A stretch of 64,000 nt of DNA, from contig LVLI01000100.1 in the NCBI GenBank assembly GCA_001687465.1, positions 1 to 64,000 of the forward strand, written 5' to 3'. The stretch is from Halocafeteria seosinensis. Lineage: Eukaryota. The number at the start of each line of letters is the position of its first letter. Positions within the stretch are counted from its first letter, which is position 1. Positions 1 through 10,972 of this stretch are shown here, piece by piece. A program made the translations under genes and the position numbers. The notes beneath the pieces are model-generated. The model saw only the letters and a program-made list of their open reading frames with translations, made no database searches and was not told the origin of the DNA.

Positions 1-383
1 TAATGATCCATAATGGTATACATTTAGTTATGGAATTCACAGCAACACCACCGTTCACACGTTTCACCATTTTTATTTTCGATATGTCGGTACAGTTTGA
101 GCAAAAAAAAATAAAAAATAGATGTATGATGGCAATAGATATTCCCGTCTACAAACACATGAGTGTGTAGTACTGTAGTTGTACAATTTGTACAATTATT
201 GTTACATAAATTGTACAAGGGCTTCCCCGATTTGCCGCGCCAATTTTCTCAAAGACTTTAGCCTATCTTCACAAAGCGACCGTTGATACAGCGGGGTTGA
301 TGTCTGGCATCGTGCATTTTGCTTACGGTTTGCAAGTATTCAGGATGCATTTTGATGGAAGTTTACAGAAAGAGAACGGAGTG

Positions 384-2914
384 ATGGCGTCGTTTTCGGA
401 AGAATGGGAAAGACTGGTATACGAACGCCTGGGACTGGATGCGCGACCAGCGCGAAAACGCAATGAGACCGTCACTTCCAAGGTGAAAGAGCTGTCGCAT
501 AGGCAACTGAAGAATACTTTCCGTGCACAAGCCGGACGAAGTGTTGCGGAGGAGAAGTTTGAAGCCGCAGAAGCACGGCGAGAACTTGATAACTTTGAGC
601 AGAACCTGAAGAAACGAAGAAGCAAGACAACACTTCAGCCATCAGCTTCACAATCCCAGCATACCCAGGGTGAAGAAGCACATGAATCCGAGGAAGAGGG
701 TAAAGAGGTCAAGACTAATGGAGAAACCAAACTGAGCGAACAAGATTCCAGCTCCACCCGAAAAGCGAAGATCCTGGAGCTGTTAACTGAAGAGCTCTCC
801 GAGTCTACAAACGAACAAGCTGGTCTAGAATGGTCGAGGTGAGTTAAGCCACTGCATAAGAACAATTACGTTGCCCAACTGTATATAAAGCTACTTACAG
901 AGACGCCCCTCATTTGATGAAAATGGTAAATGAAGAAGAGCGTATTGGAGGTATCGAAGATGAGAGCAAATATAGTGACCGGAAGTTCCTTCGGGAGTAT
1001 TTCACTCAACTGGATCTCAGTGAAAGAGGAATACAGAAACTAGATAAAGACCTCGCGCGTTTTACCCGCTTAGAAGAACTCTTTGTTTCACGAAATCGAT
1101 TGACTAGTGTTGAATTTCTCCCTCAAAGCTTACAGTTTTTGGAAGCTTCAGGAAATGATATAGCTGTGTTCGAACCTCAGAGTCTACGCCAGCACAAGGC
1201 GTTTGATGGGCTTCTGCACTTGGGTTTGAGCTGCAATCGCCTTGATTCAATCGACAGTATTGTCAAGTTTTGCCCATCTCTGAGGAATCTAGATGTTAGC
1301 TTCAACAGTATTGTGCATTTGCGCAGTACTTCCGAGTCTGTGGCAAACCTTACATCCTTGGCGAAGCTTTCACTGGATGGCAACCCGATTGCGTTGTCTC
1401 ATGGGTACAGGGAGCTAATTCTGGGGGCTCCGCAGCTGGAGCAGTTGGATGGTTTCGATGTTACCGACAGGAACTCCCAAACGCACTATGAGAAAGAAAA
1501 CTATAAAGCTCTACAACGTTCCATTGACGACACCGTAAAGACTGCTGTGGATGCCAAGCTGCGTGAGACAGGCAGGCGACTTCTTGGGGACGATGAACAG
1601 CAGGATCAACACGACAGAAACTCAGTGGATAAGTCGACTTCGAGAAAACAGTCTGCAAGAGAGGCAAAGGGAAAAGGGCGATCTAAGGAGAAGAAGGAGC
1701 GACAAGAAGAAAGTCCACGCGAGGAAGAAGAAAAGCCTTTGGAGCCTATACCATTTAATGAAGCAATTCAGGAATTTGATCACCTTCGGAAAGAAATTAC
1801 CGCCCGTTTGGAACAGGAAGCGTTCCAGCGGAAGGTCGATTTGAATGGCAACGTGGCCATGGCGTTACGAACTGATACTGTGGATGGGTTCCCTTTTATA
1901 AAATCGCTGTTGGTCGATGAGTTGCACGGACTCAACCCGGAGGTTGCTGATACTGCTGACAAAGATGACGGGAAGAAAAACAAAAAGGGCAAAAAGGGGA
2001 ACACCCAGGAATCGTCTCCCGAAAGTTTGGAGACAGAGCTGAATGATCTACTAGAATTCTGCTGTAGCCATAGTTCGGTCTCTTTAAACATTGGATTGCC
2101 TGAAGCTGGTTGTGTCTCTTCGGAAGGATGGAAGTTTATTCCATCCCAGGGTACACTGGAACAAAGGGTTGATGCTTCTGGAGAACCTGGGGCTGATCAG
2201 CAGGTGAACGACGCTGATGTTGTTACCAAGCCATGGGAAAAACACATTGAAATAGCACCTAGCACTGAACTACGGGACGGTGTCTTGACTGACGGCTGTT
2301 TGGTGTTGGCCGAAGAAGTCTGTTTAATGGAAGATCTTGCAGACTTCCTAAAGCGCTCATTACTATTTATTTCGGAAAGCAGCCCCACGCTCGATGATGA
2401 AGATCAGGCCCAAAACGATCCTCTGCGAGAAGAACTAGAAAAGGCGTTTACAGATTTCCAGGTAACAACGCGTCTCTTCCGAAGTAACATTGACCTGAGT
2501 GCTTGCTTGATCCCAACGCAAAGGGCATTCGTAAAGGCAGGCACTTTGCTCAGCGAGGCTAAGCATAATGAAACTGATGAATTAGCAAATGCTGTTTGCA
2601 TGCTACCAGCGTGCTATCGGTTGTTCGCTTACCTTTGCTGCTTACGCCTAGCATATCATGAGAAAAAGGAAGAACTGAAGGACCCCTCTGCTAGTTCAGG
2701 CAAAAAGGGAGACAAGAAGCCAGCATCAAAGAGCAAATCTCGAAGTAATACTCCACCATCATCCTCTGAGGAGAAAACAAACGAAGAAGTCCTTCGCAGC
2801 ATGGTAGACAGTGCCAAGGCATGGTTCCAAGAGTGGACACAAAAGCGGGATTTCTGTACTGTTCGCGTAGGAATCGAGCTTACCCTGTTTCTTCGGGGCG
2901 GGTGGCCAGAGTGA
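384..2914 (+). CDS. LRRC43: Leucine-rich repeat protein, LRRC43-like (2 exons: ~384-838, 901-2914)
   Basis: Intron 839-900 (AG|GTGAGT...TACAG) joins ORF 297-842 in phase to ORF 914-2914 (LEWSR-DAPHLMKM). LRRs 'EYFTQLDLSERGIQKLDKDLARFTRLEELFVSRNRL...LHLGLSCNRL...LDVSFNSI...LSLDGNPIALSHGYR...LEQLDG' follow the LRRC43 pattern and end in an LRR cap. Start codon is uncertain. Confidence 0.75.
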
Positions 2915-3526
2915 GATCCCTAACTAGAATGTAGTAAATATCCTTCCACCGCTATTGCTTCAGCTCCCTCAGCGTGTCCGAGGATGAATCGCCGTAAGAG
3001 AGGATCCCTGAGCCCGAGAAACTCCTCTCCAGCTAGCTACTCCTGCGGCTGTTGGTCCCATAAAGTCCCCATGCGTGTTTAGCATGGGATCTGCTCTATA
3101 TCTTCCCTTACAAGTTGATACAGGCTGCTTTGTATTTGATGATAGCTCGGCGAATTTCCCGTTCTCGGGAAGGTCGGCACGCGAAACGGAGTTGAAGGAG
3201 TGCGGGCTGCGACGTTACTGCTTCCGTTGCGCCCGAGCCGAGACTCCGTGGTAGTCTATTGCAGAACAGAACTTGAATACATACAAGTTGTTGTGTAGCG
3301 TTTAAGTTTTCCCACTTTTCCCCCTCCTCTCCCGTATTTACGGGTGCCTCCCTTTTGCCGTAGGGCATGTCTGTTTATTTTTAGTACACTATAGGGATTT
3401 CGGAAATGCCCCGAACAAAATAAACCCTATAAGGGGGTGTTGAAGGGCATTTTCCAGGCGGGAAACTCGCCACATGGGTAAAGTTGAGCTGGTTGCTATC
3501 TCAAACCAGTAGTTCATCGGAGGGAT

Positions 3527-5047
3527 ATGGCAGAATGGACTCCACCATGTGACTCTGTAGAAGACCAAGCTCTAATACATGAGTCAACTTGTCTCATTCA
3601 GGCTGCTGATGGCGCCCAAACTTGTCAGATGAAGTCCGCTGCCATAAAACGGCGGCGCACCCACCCTAATTTGCTGCATGTTTCCCCAAATGAAGGTGTC
3701 AGTAGGCAGCCTCAGAGGCGCAGCTATCCCTCGTTCAGAGAATGCTGCAAACCCCACGGGTGGGAAGAGCAACTCGGGCCGGGGTCGGCTCTCTTTTGTC
3801 CTGGCTATATGAAGCACATTCCGGAGTTCGTAAAACAATGCTTTCAGGACGAAAATGGCATGTTCATTCGACTCGGAGAACGGGATTCCCCATTTAGGAA
3901 ACTAGTGAAAAAGTATTGTGAGCTCCCGAGCTACCTAGGATTGGCCCTTTTTCGCCTTGCTCAGAAGACACGGGAGGTATTCCAAAAACTCGTTGAAAAC
4001 AAGCACCTTCCACGGCCACTCACCCGTACTGACTGCCATCAAGAAGAACTTAACCTTGCTAATGACAGCAAACTTAGTGTTCGCGATTTCCTTCGTTTTT
4101 GGACTCCCGAAATTCAACAGGCCCACCGTAGAAAACGATTCGTCGCTCTACTGATACCCCCAAGCAAACAGACTGTGATGGAATTGGAAAGCTCAACTTT
4201 ACCCATGGCCGGAAAAAGGCTTACAAAGGATTCGAAAATTCCTGTCCGCAATCTGAAACCTTTGATTGAGGCACTCATTTACCGCCATCCCGACTTGTCA
4301 GACTTGACGAAACGGAAGAAACTCAGGCGCAGATATATTGCCTTCGTCCTAACCAACATTGCCTCCTGTTTCAATGGATTGACTACTCGAACAATATCGC
4401 TCCGTGATATCGATCATAGTAACTTAGTGCACACTCTCTACCGTTGTGCTTGTCGCTCTTTGGACTCTATGACAAACTTTAGTGTGACGCACTTTCGCCG
4501 ACTGCACGAAGTGTTCGTGGAATTGTCCAGACATACGCTCTCGTCCGACACTGATGTACCTGTAGAAAACTCATCTGATACTGCTGATGTGGATGTCGTT
4601 AGAGATATGCTGGACCTTGGTATAGCAGATGTGGTGCATGAACGGTTGTTTACTAGAGCGACTCACAGCTTGGGTATGAAGCATCGGGTTACCTTTGACG
4701 ATTTCCTGACCCTTACCGTAGCTAAAGAAGACAGAATGCAAAAGTGGAGCATTAAATACTGGTTTTCAGTTCTGGACTTAGACGACGATGGCTATCTTGG
4801 TGAAGACGACGTGCTGCAGTTGTTTGAGAGTAAGAGGAGAGCTATTGTAGACCATGGATTTACGTACGAAGGTCCCTCCCTTAGTCAAGTAATGAGGTTG
4901 ATCCAGGACCTGATTGGTGCTATACGCTTAAGCAATCACAATGTATTGCAACTTTCTGCGCTGGATCTGCGAAAATCAGGTGCTGGAGGGCTGTTATTCG
5001 ATATACTAGTTGATATCCAAAGGTATAAGGAGCTTCACGACGATTAA
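3527..5047 (+). CDS. PP2A regulatory subunit B''(PR72/PR70)-like protein, tandem copy 1 (intronless)
   Basis: Motifs 'LKPLIEALIYRHPDL...RRYIAFVL', 'TFDDFL...EDR...SIKYWFSVLDLDDDGYLG' (EF-hand) and 'DLRKSGAGGLLFDIL' match the B'' core (HPGL..L, SIEYWFRCMDLDGDG, DLKR...FFD). Confidence 0.75.
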   Translation: MAEWTPPCDSVEDQALIHESTCLIQAADGAQTCQMKSAAIKRRRTHPNLLHVSPNEGVSRQPQRRSYPSFRECCKPHGWEEQLGPGSALFCPGYMKHIPEFVKQCFQDENGMFIRLGERDSPFRKLVKKYCELPSYLGLALFRLAQKTREVFQKLVENKHLPRPLTRTDCHQEELNLANDSKLSVRDFLRFWTPEIQQAHRRKRFVALLIPPSKQTVMELESSTLPMAGKRLTKDSKIPVRNLKPLIEALIYRHPDLSDLTKRKKLRRRYIAFVLTNIASCFNGLTTRTISLRDIDHSNLVHTLYRCACRSLDSMTNFSVTHFRRLHEVFVELSRHTLSSDTDVPVENSSDTADVDVVRDMLDLGIADVVHERLFTRATHSLGMKHRVTFDDFLTLTVAKEDRMQKWSIKYWFSVLDLDDDGYLGEDDVLQLFESKRRAIVDHGFTYEGPSLSQVMRLIQDLIGAIRLSNHNVLQLSALDLRKSGAGGLLFDILVDIQRYKELHDD

Positions 5048-6154
5048 TAGCCATTCACCCGCGCACAAAACTTCCCTTGGTGATATCAAACTCTGTCTTT
5101 CATTACCGGGCTTTTATCTTTTTTTTAGCAGTACGCATTGCTTTCCTTAGATGGTGTGAACCCAACTCGTGTAGGAGGCCTGGAATGTTCACGACGTCCG
5201 ACATAACAGCTCGCGGCTATGAAGCCTCCCCCTGGAGTCCCCCGCCGACTCAGGCTGCCTGAGGTTCTTCTCACTGTATATGCGCAGCATGAACTCCGTT
5301 TACTCCGGTTTACGGAGTCCAACTGACTCAGTAGAACCCGTAGGAGAGGTGCTATGCTGATGTTCTACCACGAACCTGCACACTCCCGGCATGTACTTCC
5401 GGTGCCGTCGTGGTGTGATTGTAAATCGCTGTACAGCTTTGCAGCACTACCGCATCCCCCTGAGTAATGAATAGTATACCTTCTCGAAGGTTTTCCTATT
5501 GCTCGGAGAATTGATGGAGGTACTCCGGTGTCAAGTGAAGCCCGGGGAGTGGCAGCCCAGGAGGGTATACAGAATATGACAAGTTACTGTTTGTTCGAAA
5601 AATATTCCCTTACGATAGATCATGGCAGAATGAAAGAATAGAAGAAATAGAATTACCCTACTGTCCACGGCTAACAGTTGCTGTGTAGGGCATCCTAGAG
5701 TCTGACCTCTAGCAGCTTCGGGTTGAGCCGAAGGGCGGCTGAAGTACCCACGGTAAGTACCGCCACCGTGCGCCACGCTAACGCATTCGCCGTGCGTTCT
5801 TTCTCTCCTGATTGCCTCCTGAGTAAAACCCGAAGGGAATGGAAGTATAGGGTCCTTCGACGAGGCATGTCCGAATGGGGAGGAGTCGATGAGTCTGCGT
5901 AGAAATCCAAGCCAGCANCCTCCGGCTCGGATCCTCGGTCCGTCGTAACGCTCGATCCCGCCGTTGCTTAACCGAGAGCCATTGGTGATGAGAACAGCAA
6001 TGTTTCGATGCTGAACAGTGTTGTTTTCCTCCCATTCTGAACATCTTATCATTTCCCGTGTGCAGATAGAGTCGCTGGCAGTAGGAGTCAGGGATTGTGG
6101 TATTACCGGTACGGACAAGAACGCCCTCTAAGAGGTCGCTGGGGAGTGCAAGAC

Positions 6155-7888
6155 ATGAATGGAAGCCGGCCGGAGCCGAAAGATAGCAAGAGCCCGATGG
6201 GCTATTTCCGTAGAGTAGCGGGGAAAATGTCTTTTAACTTCAGCAAGAAGGAGGAGAAGAAGAATAGGAAGGGTGCCTCGTCTGTGCAATCAACGGAGAT
6301 TGTGACATCGGCGGAGAACAGAGGCGTGGACACACCAAGGGAGCCGGTGCTGCCTCGGCTGACATCCAAGCGAGGTTCCTGGGGAGGGATTTCGCCGTCG
6401 AGTTCGGAACGACGAAACAAGGAGACAGCCTACACGGCTTGTAGTGGCGACGATGAGAGGCCTCTACTTACCTCGTTCATCTCGCCTACATTCCCTACCG
6501 TGGAATCGAAGAAATCGGAAAACACCTCTGGCCCTGAAACTTCCCGATTCAGGCGCCCGTTTCAGCTTAAACCTTCTGCAAGCAGTGAAGAACCTCAGTG
6601 CATCTATCCGAAAAACTCTGTAATTACTCCATCATCAGAGCCCGTCAGTATATCTTCCCGCGAAAGCTCGACAGAACCTTGCTCGCAGGTGTTCAATTTT
6701 CCGCGAATCCCCTCTTATCTTCGCGACATACCGGATCGAGTCAGATCAGCATTCCACAACAATGAGAATGCACAGCTTGGGGTTACTGATCAACAGTTTA
6801 GAAAATTGGTAAAGGAATATTGCAAGCTTCCAGCGTACTTCGGTTTGGTCCTGTTTCGGCAGGTCAAGCGCTATCGTCAACTGAACAAAGAGCTTGTGCA
6901 AGGAGGGAAGCTACCTGGAGATACATTATGGGATTTACAAGCGCTCGAGTCTCAGAAAAGGAAGGAGACTGATATGCAGGGGGACACTATAGCAATCAGA
7001 GATTTTCTTAGATTTTGGACCCCAGAATTAAGGGATGCAAGTCGGACGGAAAAGTTTATTGCACTCATCACGCCACCGACAGCGCAATCGCTGATTGCAA
7101 TTGAAAGTGATAGACTGAAGATGCAAGCACCACTAATAACAATGGATGATATAAAACCGATGGTGGAAGCGCTCGTGGATCGTCATCCAGACTTGAGCTC
7201 ACTGAGAAAGCATATTTTGCTGAAGAGGCGATACGTATGTTTCGTACTAAGTAGTGTTCTGTTTCCAATTGGAGGAATTTGCCGCGAAGCGATTCGCGTG
7301 GGAGATCTCCGTAGGAGTACTGTAGTGGATGCATTTTTCAGATGCGCATGTTGTTCTGTCGACAAACTTAGTGCTTTTAGTGTTCAATCATTTTTGCGCC
7401 TAAACGAGTACTTTGAGCAGAACGCGGACGGGTCTACAGAGAGTACCAAGACAATCCCTTTGAGGAAGCTTTCAATTGGGTGGAACAGTCAGCAGCTACA
7501 ACGTAGGATAATGCTTGTTTTAACACGCAAAACTGGCACGGAAGCCACATTTGAGGAGTTTCTTTGGCTATCTCACGCCGTTGGTGACCGCATGAGTGAA
7601 GGAAGCCTAATGTTCTGGTTTCGAGTCATGGATTGGGATGACGACGGATACATAAGCGATGAAGACCTAAGCGTCTGGTACAGAGCGAAGCAGAAGTTGG
7701 TTGGGAATTGCATAATGTCAAAAATGCTTTCGTGGAAAGACAGTTTAACACAGACGGTCGACTGCTTCCAACCACACCTCAGGCTAGGTGACCACTTTTG
7801 GCTGTCTAACTTGGAAATTAGGTCGTCAGGTCTGGGCAATGTATTGTACGACATGTTCATTGATGTGAAAGGGCAAAGGAAGGGATGA
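6155..7888 (+). CDS. PP2A B''-like protein, tandem copy 2 (intronless, long Ser-rich N-terminus)
   Basis: Clear paralog of copy 1: FRKLVKEYCKLPAYFG, IRDFLRFWTP, VDRHPDL, YRCACCS-type motif, EF-hand 'FWFRVMDWDDDGYISDEDL'. First ATG is at 6155; the ORF track starts at GTG 6095. Confidence 0.75.
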   Translation: MNGSRPEPKDSKSPMGYFRRVAGKMSFNFSKKEEKKNRKGASSVQSTEIVTSAENRGVDTPREPVLPRLTSKRGSWGGISPSSSERRNKETAYTACSGDDERPLLTSFISPTFPTVESKKSENTSGPETSRFRRPFQLKPSASSEEPQCIYPKNSVITPSSEPVSISSRESSTEPCSQVFNFPRIPSYLRDIPDRVRSAFHNNENAQLGVTDQQFRKLVKEYCKLPAYFGLVLFRQVKRYRQLNKELVQGGKLPGDTLWDLQALESQKRKETDMQGDTIAIRDFLRFWTPELRDASRTEKFIALITPPTAQSLIAIESDRLKMQAPLITMDDIKPMVEALVDRHPDLSSLRKHILLKRRYVCFVLSSVLFPIGGICREAIRVGDLRRSTVVDAFFRCACCSVDKLSAFSVQSFLRLNEYFEQNADGSTESTKTIPLRKLSIGWNSQQLQRRIMLVLTRKTGTEATFEEFLWLSHAVGDRMSEGSLMFWFRVMDWDDDGYISDEDLSVWYRAKQKLVGNCIMSKMLSWKDSLTQTVDCFQPHLRLGDHFWLSNLEIRSSGLGNVLYDMFIDVKGQRKG

Positions 7889-8619
7889 AAATGGGTGAAG
7901 AGCACCCCGTTGAGCAAAGAATGCCAACGGTTACATGCCACCTCCATTTGTACTCGCTATTGCGAACGAACACGCATTTGCCGCATACGTCAATTGCGTG
8001 TTGAACCATGTACACGCTACTGGATGGAGTGTCCGATCGAATGTTTATGTCGGCTCATACAAGTGAATAAGGTGAAGTTATGAATGCACATTTCTCCGAA
8101 GAAATGAAGAACACAGATCGCAGCAGAACGGGGCCATCAATGGCCTAACATGCTTTCTGGATGGAACAAAAAACCTGAATATCAGCCACTTTGAAAGGTT
8201 CATACGAGCAGGATAGCTCATCTGTATACATCTGGACGTGGTCTATTGCATCCATATCCATAGTGTCACTGACATCAACGAGCATGAGTTGCCATTGTTA
8301 TTCGATGTGAATATTTCCACAATACCGTAACTGTTCTACATTTGTTGCACTGTGGTAACTTCCACATCATTTGCTACTTGTCTTCGGAGTTGAAGAACGT
8401 TACGAGGTCCGACCGCCCGAGATGTCAAGTCATTTCAGAATAGAATCAACGTCATACACCGTACATATGTGCATAATTTAAATGCGGCATAAAGTCTTGA
8501 TGAAGACGAGGTCGAATAAGCAAAACTGAATTGATACGCACTTCTATTTGTACTCTTAGCGAACTGCATAGCGATTCTTTGCGTCTATACATGTACCCCT
8601 TCGTTAATCAGAAACCAAA

Positions 8620-10311
8620 ATGCATCGCCCGGAAGATGAACAGCGCCAAGGCGTCCGGCGGCGCGCGACCTACTTAGGAAGTATAGGAGGGAGTTTGGTT
8701 TATGGAGATAACCGAAAAGGAAATGAGCCTTGGAGAAATTGCCCGTCTGAGCTGATGAAACACAGGGAAGAGAAATCACGACCACTGATACCGGGATCAA
8801 AAGAGCCAGTGCCGCGTGTGAGAACTGGGTACTCAGCAAGTGGAGTTAGTGATTCGAACATTTCGGAGCACAGTCAAATTGCGAATAACCAGATCCAAAG
8901 TGGCTCTCATAGCAACAGTCACAGCTCGGGGGACTACGTCCTACCTTCGCTTTCACCTATCGAAGGTGCTGAGGGGGGAAGGAGCCCGTCCACTCTTTCG
9001 GCGGCTGCTAACGAAAAGGTAAACCATACCCGAATTCTTTCTTGCACGACAGAAGCAGATCCCATGAGATCGACTTCTGGACACTCCGTTGCTGAAACAG
9101 AGGCTCATCCATCCTCGTTGCCACGGATCCCTTATTATCTCCAAGAGATCCCTGAGCAAGTTCGGTCCGCATTCGGCAACACTGAGCGACCGAACCTCAG
9201 AGTGACCGACCAAAAATTCAGAAGATTAGTGAAGGAACTCTGCAAGTTCCCTGCGTATTTCGGTGTCGTCTTGTTTCAACAGATTCGACGCTACCGTGAG
9301 CTAGCCGTAGAACTTACCATGGAAGGGTACCTATCCAGAGATACGCTGTGGGATGTACCTGCGCTGGAGACAGGTGATTGCGACGCGACCAACCCCACTC
9401 AACATGAAAGCACGATATCCCTTCGGGATTTTCTCAGGTTTTGGAGGTCAAAATTGCAAGGAAAAACGCGGGTTGACAAGTTCCTCAATCTACTCACCCC
9501 ACCCACTCGTGGCTCCCTGATCGCTATTGAACATAGCTTATCAGGGACACACGCGTCCGGAAGGTCGAGAATAATAAAGGAAGACTTTCAACCGATGGTA
9601 GAGGCTCTCGTTGACCGCCATCCGGATCTAGCCTCCCTGAAGGGGCATCCGACAATGAGAAGCCGGTATGTTTCTTTTGTGCTAACTAGTGTCTTTCTGC
9701 CAGTTGGGGGTATCAACTGTAGCCCCGTTCGTCGAGGAGAACTAATAGAAAGTAATATCGCAGGAGCATTTTACAGATGTGCCTGCTGCTCACTAGAGAA
9801 ACTGAGTGCTTTCAGCGTTGAATCGTTTCTACGATTACATGATTATTTCATCAAGAATTCTACGGGAGCTAACGATGGGAGACTGGAGACAATTTCAATG
9901 CAACAGCTCTCCATTGGAGGCAGTAGCCTACGACTGTTACGTAGGATAATGTTCGTCCTAACCCAACGCGATTGTACAGAAGCAATCTTTGAAGAGTTCT
10001 TGTGGCTTTCTCATGCGATCGAAGATCGTATAAGTAACGGAACTCTAAATTTCTGGTTCCAAGTGTTCGACCGTGATAACGATGGCTACATAAGTGATGA
10101 TGACTTACGGGATTGGTATGAAGCAAAGGCATTATGCGTAGAATCAGAGTTAGCGCCTTGGAGGGACAGTGTCATACAAATTATCGACTGCTTCAGACCG
10201 AGTTCCAGGGGCGGTCGACACTTCTGGCTGTCTAAATTAGAAATAAAACGCTCCGGTCTGGGGAGCGTATTGTTCGATCTCTTCCTTCCGGTCTCTGCTC
10301 TTCCAGAGTGA
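8620..10311 (+). CDS. PP2A B''-like protein, tandem copy 3 (intronless)
   Basis: Same conserved blocks: FRRLVKELCKFPAYFG, LRDFLRFW, VDRHPDL, FYRCACCS, 'FWFQVFDRDNDGYISDDDL'. Confidence 0.75.
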   Translation: MHRPEDEQRQGVRRRATYLGSIGGSLVYGDNRKGNEPWRNCPSELMKHREEKSRPLIPGSKEPVPRVRTGYSASGVSDSNISEHSQIANNQIQSGSHSNSHSSGDYVLPSLSPIEGAEGGRSPSTLSAAANEKVNHTRILSCTTEADPMRSTSGHSVAETEAHPSSLPRIPYYLQEIPEQVRSAFGNTERPNLRVTDQKFRRLVKELCKFPAYFGVVLFQQIRRYRELAVELTMEGYLSRDTLWDVPALETGDCDATNPTQHESTISLRDFLRFWRSKLQGKTRVDKFLNLLTPPTRGSLIAIEHSLSGTHASGRSRIIKEDFQPMVEALVDRHPDLASLKGHPTMRSRYVSFVLTSVFLPVGGINCSPVRRGELIESNIAGAFYRCACCSLEKLSAFSVESFLRLHDYFIKNSTGANDGRLETISMQQLSIGGSSLRLLRRIMFVLTQRDCTEAIFEEFLWLSHAIEDRISNGTLNFWFQVFDRDNDGYISDDDLRDWYEAKALCVESELAPWRDSVIQIIDCFRPSSRGGRHFWLSKLEIKRSGLGSVLFDLFLPVSALPE

Positions 10312-10972
10312 CAGGAACTCTTTCAAAGCTCGGTAGACACGACGAACGGCTTGGAAACGTTTTGGGAACGGAGTCGGAAGTTGTTGACCATCACCCGCGA
10401 GAATAAAATGGATGAAATATAAAACAAAAAAATCAACAATTAAAACAAAAAATATAATAAAATATACCGTACTTCACGTGATAGTTGACTCACTATTAAC
10501 CGAGTAGATTGCAATACAGATTTGCCAAGGCTCACTTCCTCTTCCCCTTTGACCAATAGCCTCAATTGATCTCCAATATAATCCATGCAGCGCAATAAGC
10601 AAGCCTTGCATGTCTTATTCTGCAGGTCTCCAAGAAACTCCGCTCGGATGTAGTTACTATAGGTACAAACTCGAAATATATATCCAGAACTTATCACAAC
10701 AGTCGCTGACAATGTTTCGTACACTGAAACGCATTCGTGGTAGAGACGTAAAAGTGCGCTTTTCCCCAATGGTAGTACTCGGAAATAGCTTATGGACAAT
10801 GTGGACATGTGTAACGGCAAGGATCGCAGACTCAGGTAGTAGTTACTGCACTATCACCAGCTTGTTAATTTTGTTCAGCTCTAGTGGTTAGCGATACCGA
10901 ATTTAGTGTGAGTATTTCATGGTGCGCCATCCACATGATTGATACTGTACAGCACGCAACACCCTGCACAAA

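Noticed and set aside
1..230. AT-rich start with TGTACAA inverted repeats and a 64-aa ORF
   Set aside because: Low-complexity upstream sequence with no supportable coding or mobile-element signature.
2985..3170. RNase P RNA-like P4 pairing on the minus strand (GGGAAATTCGCCG ... CGGCGATTCA)
   Set aside because: No convincing CR-IV, no ACnnnA lead-in to CR-V and no P1/P2 closure could be found.
3421..3429. TAAACCCTA as a telomerase RNA template for TTTAGGG
   Set aside because: A 9-mer is expected by chance, it would be sequestered by pairing with TATAGGG at 3390, and the organism's telomere repeat is unknown.
5531..6118. 195-aa minus-strand ORF spanning the N at 5918
   Set aside because: No family resemblance, crosses an ambiguous base, and abuts the B'' copy 2 start.
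10440..10891. Overlapping short ORFs between B'' copies 3 and 4
   Set aside because: No recognisable motifs or splice structure; likely chance ORFs.
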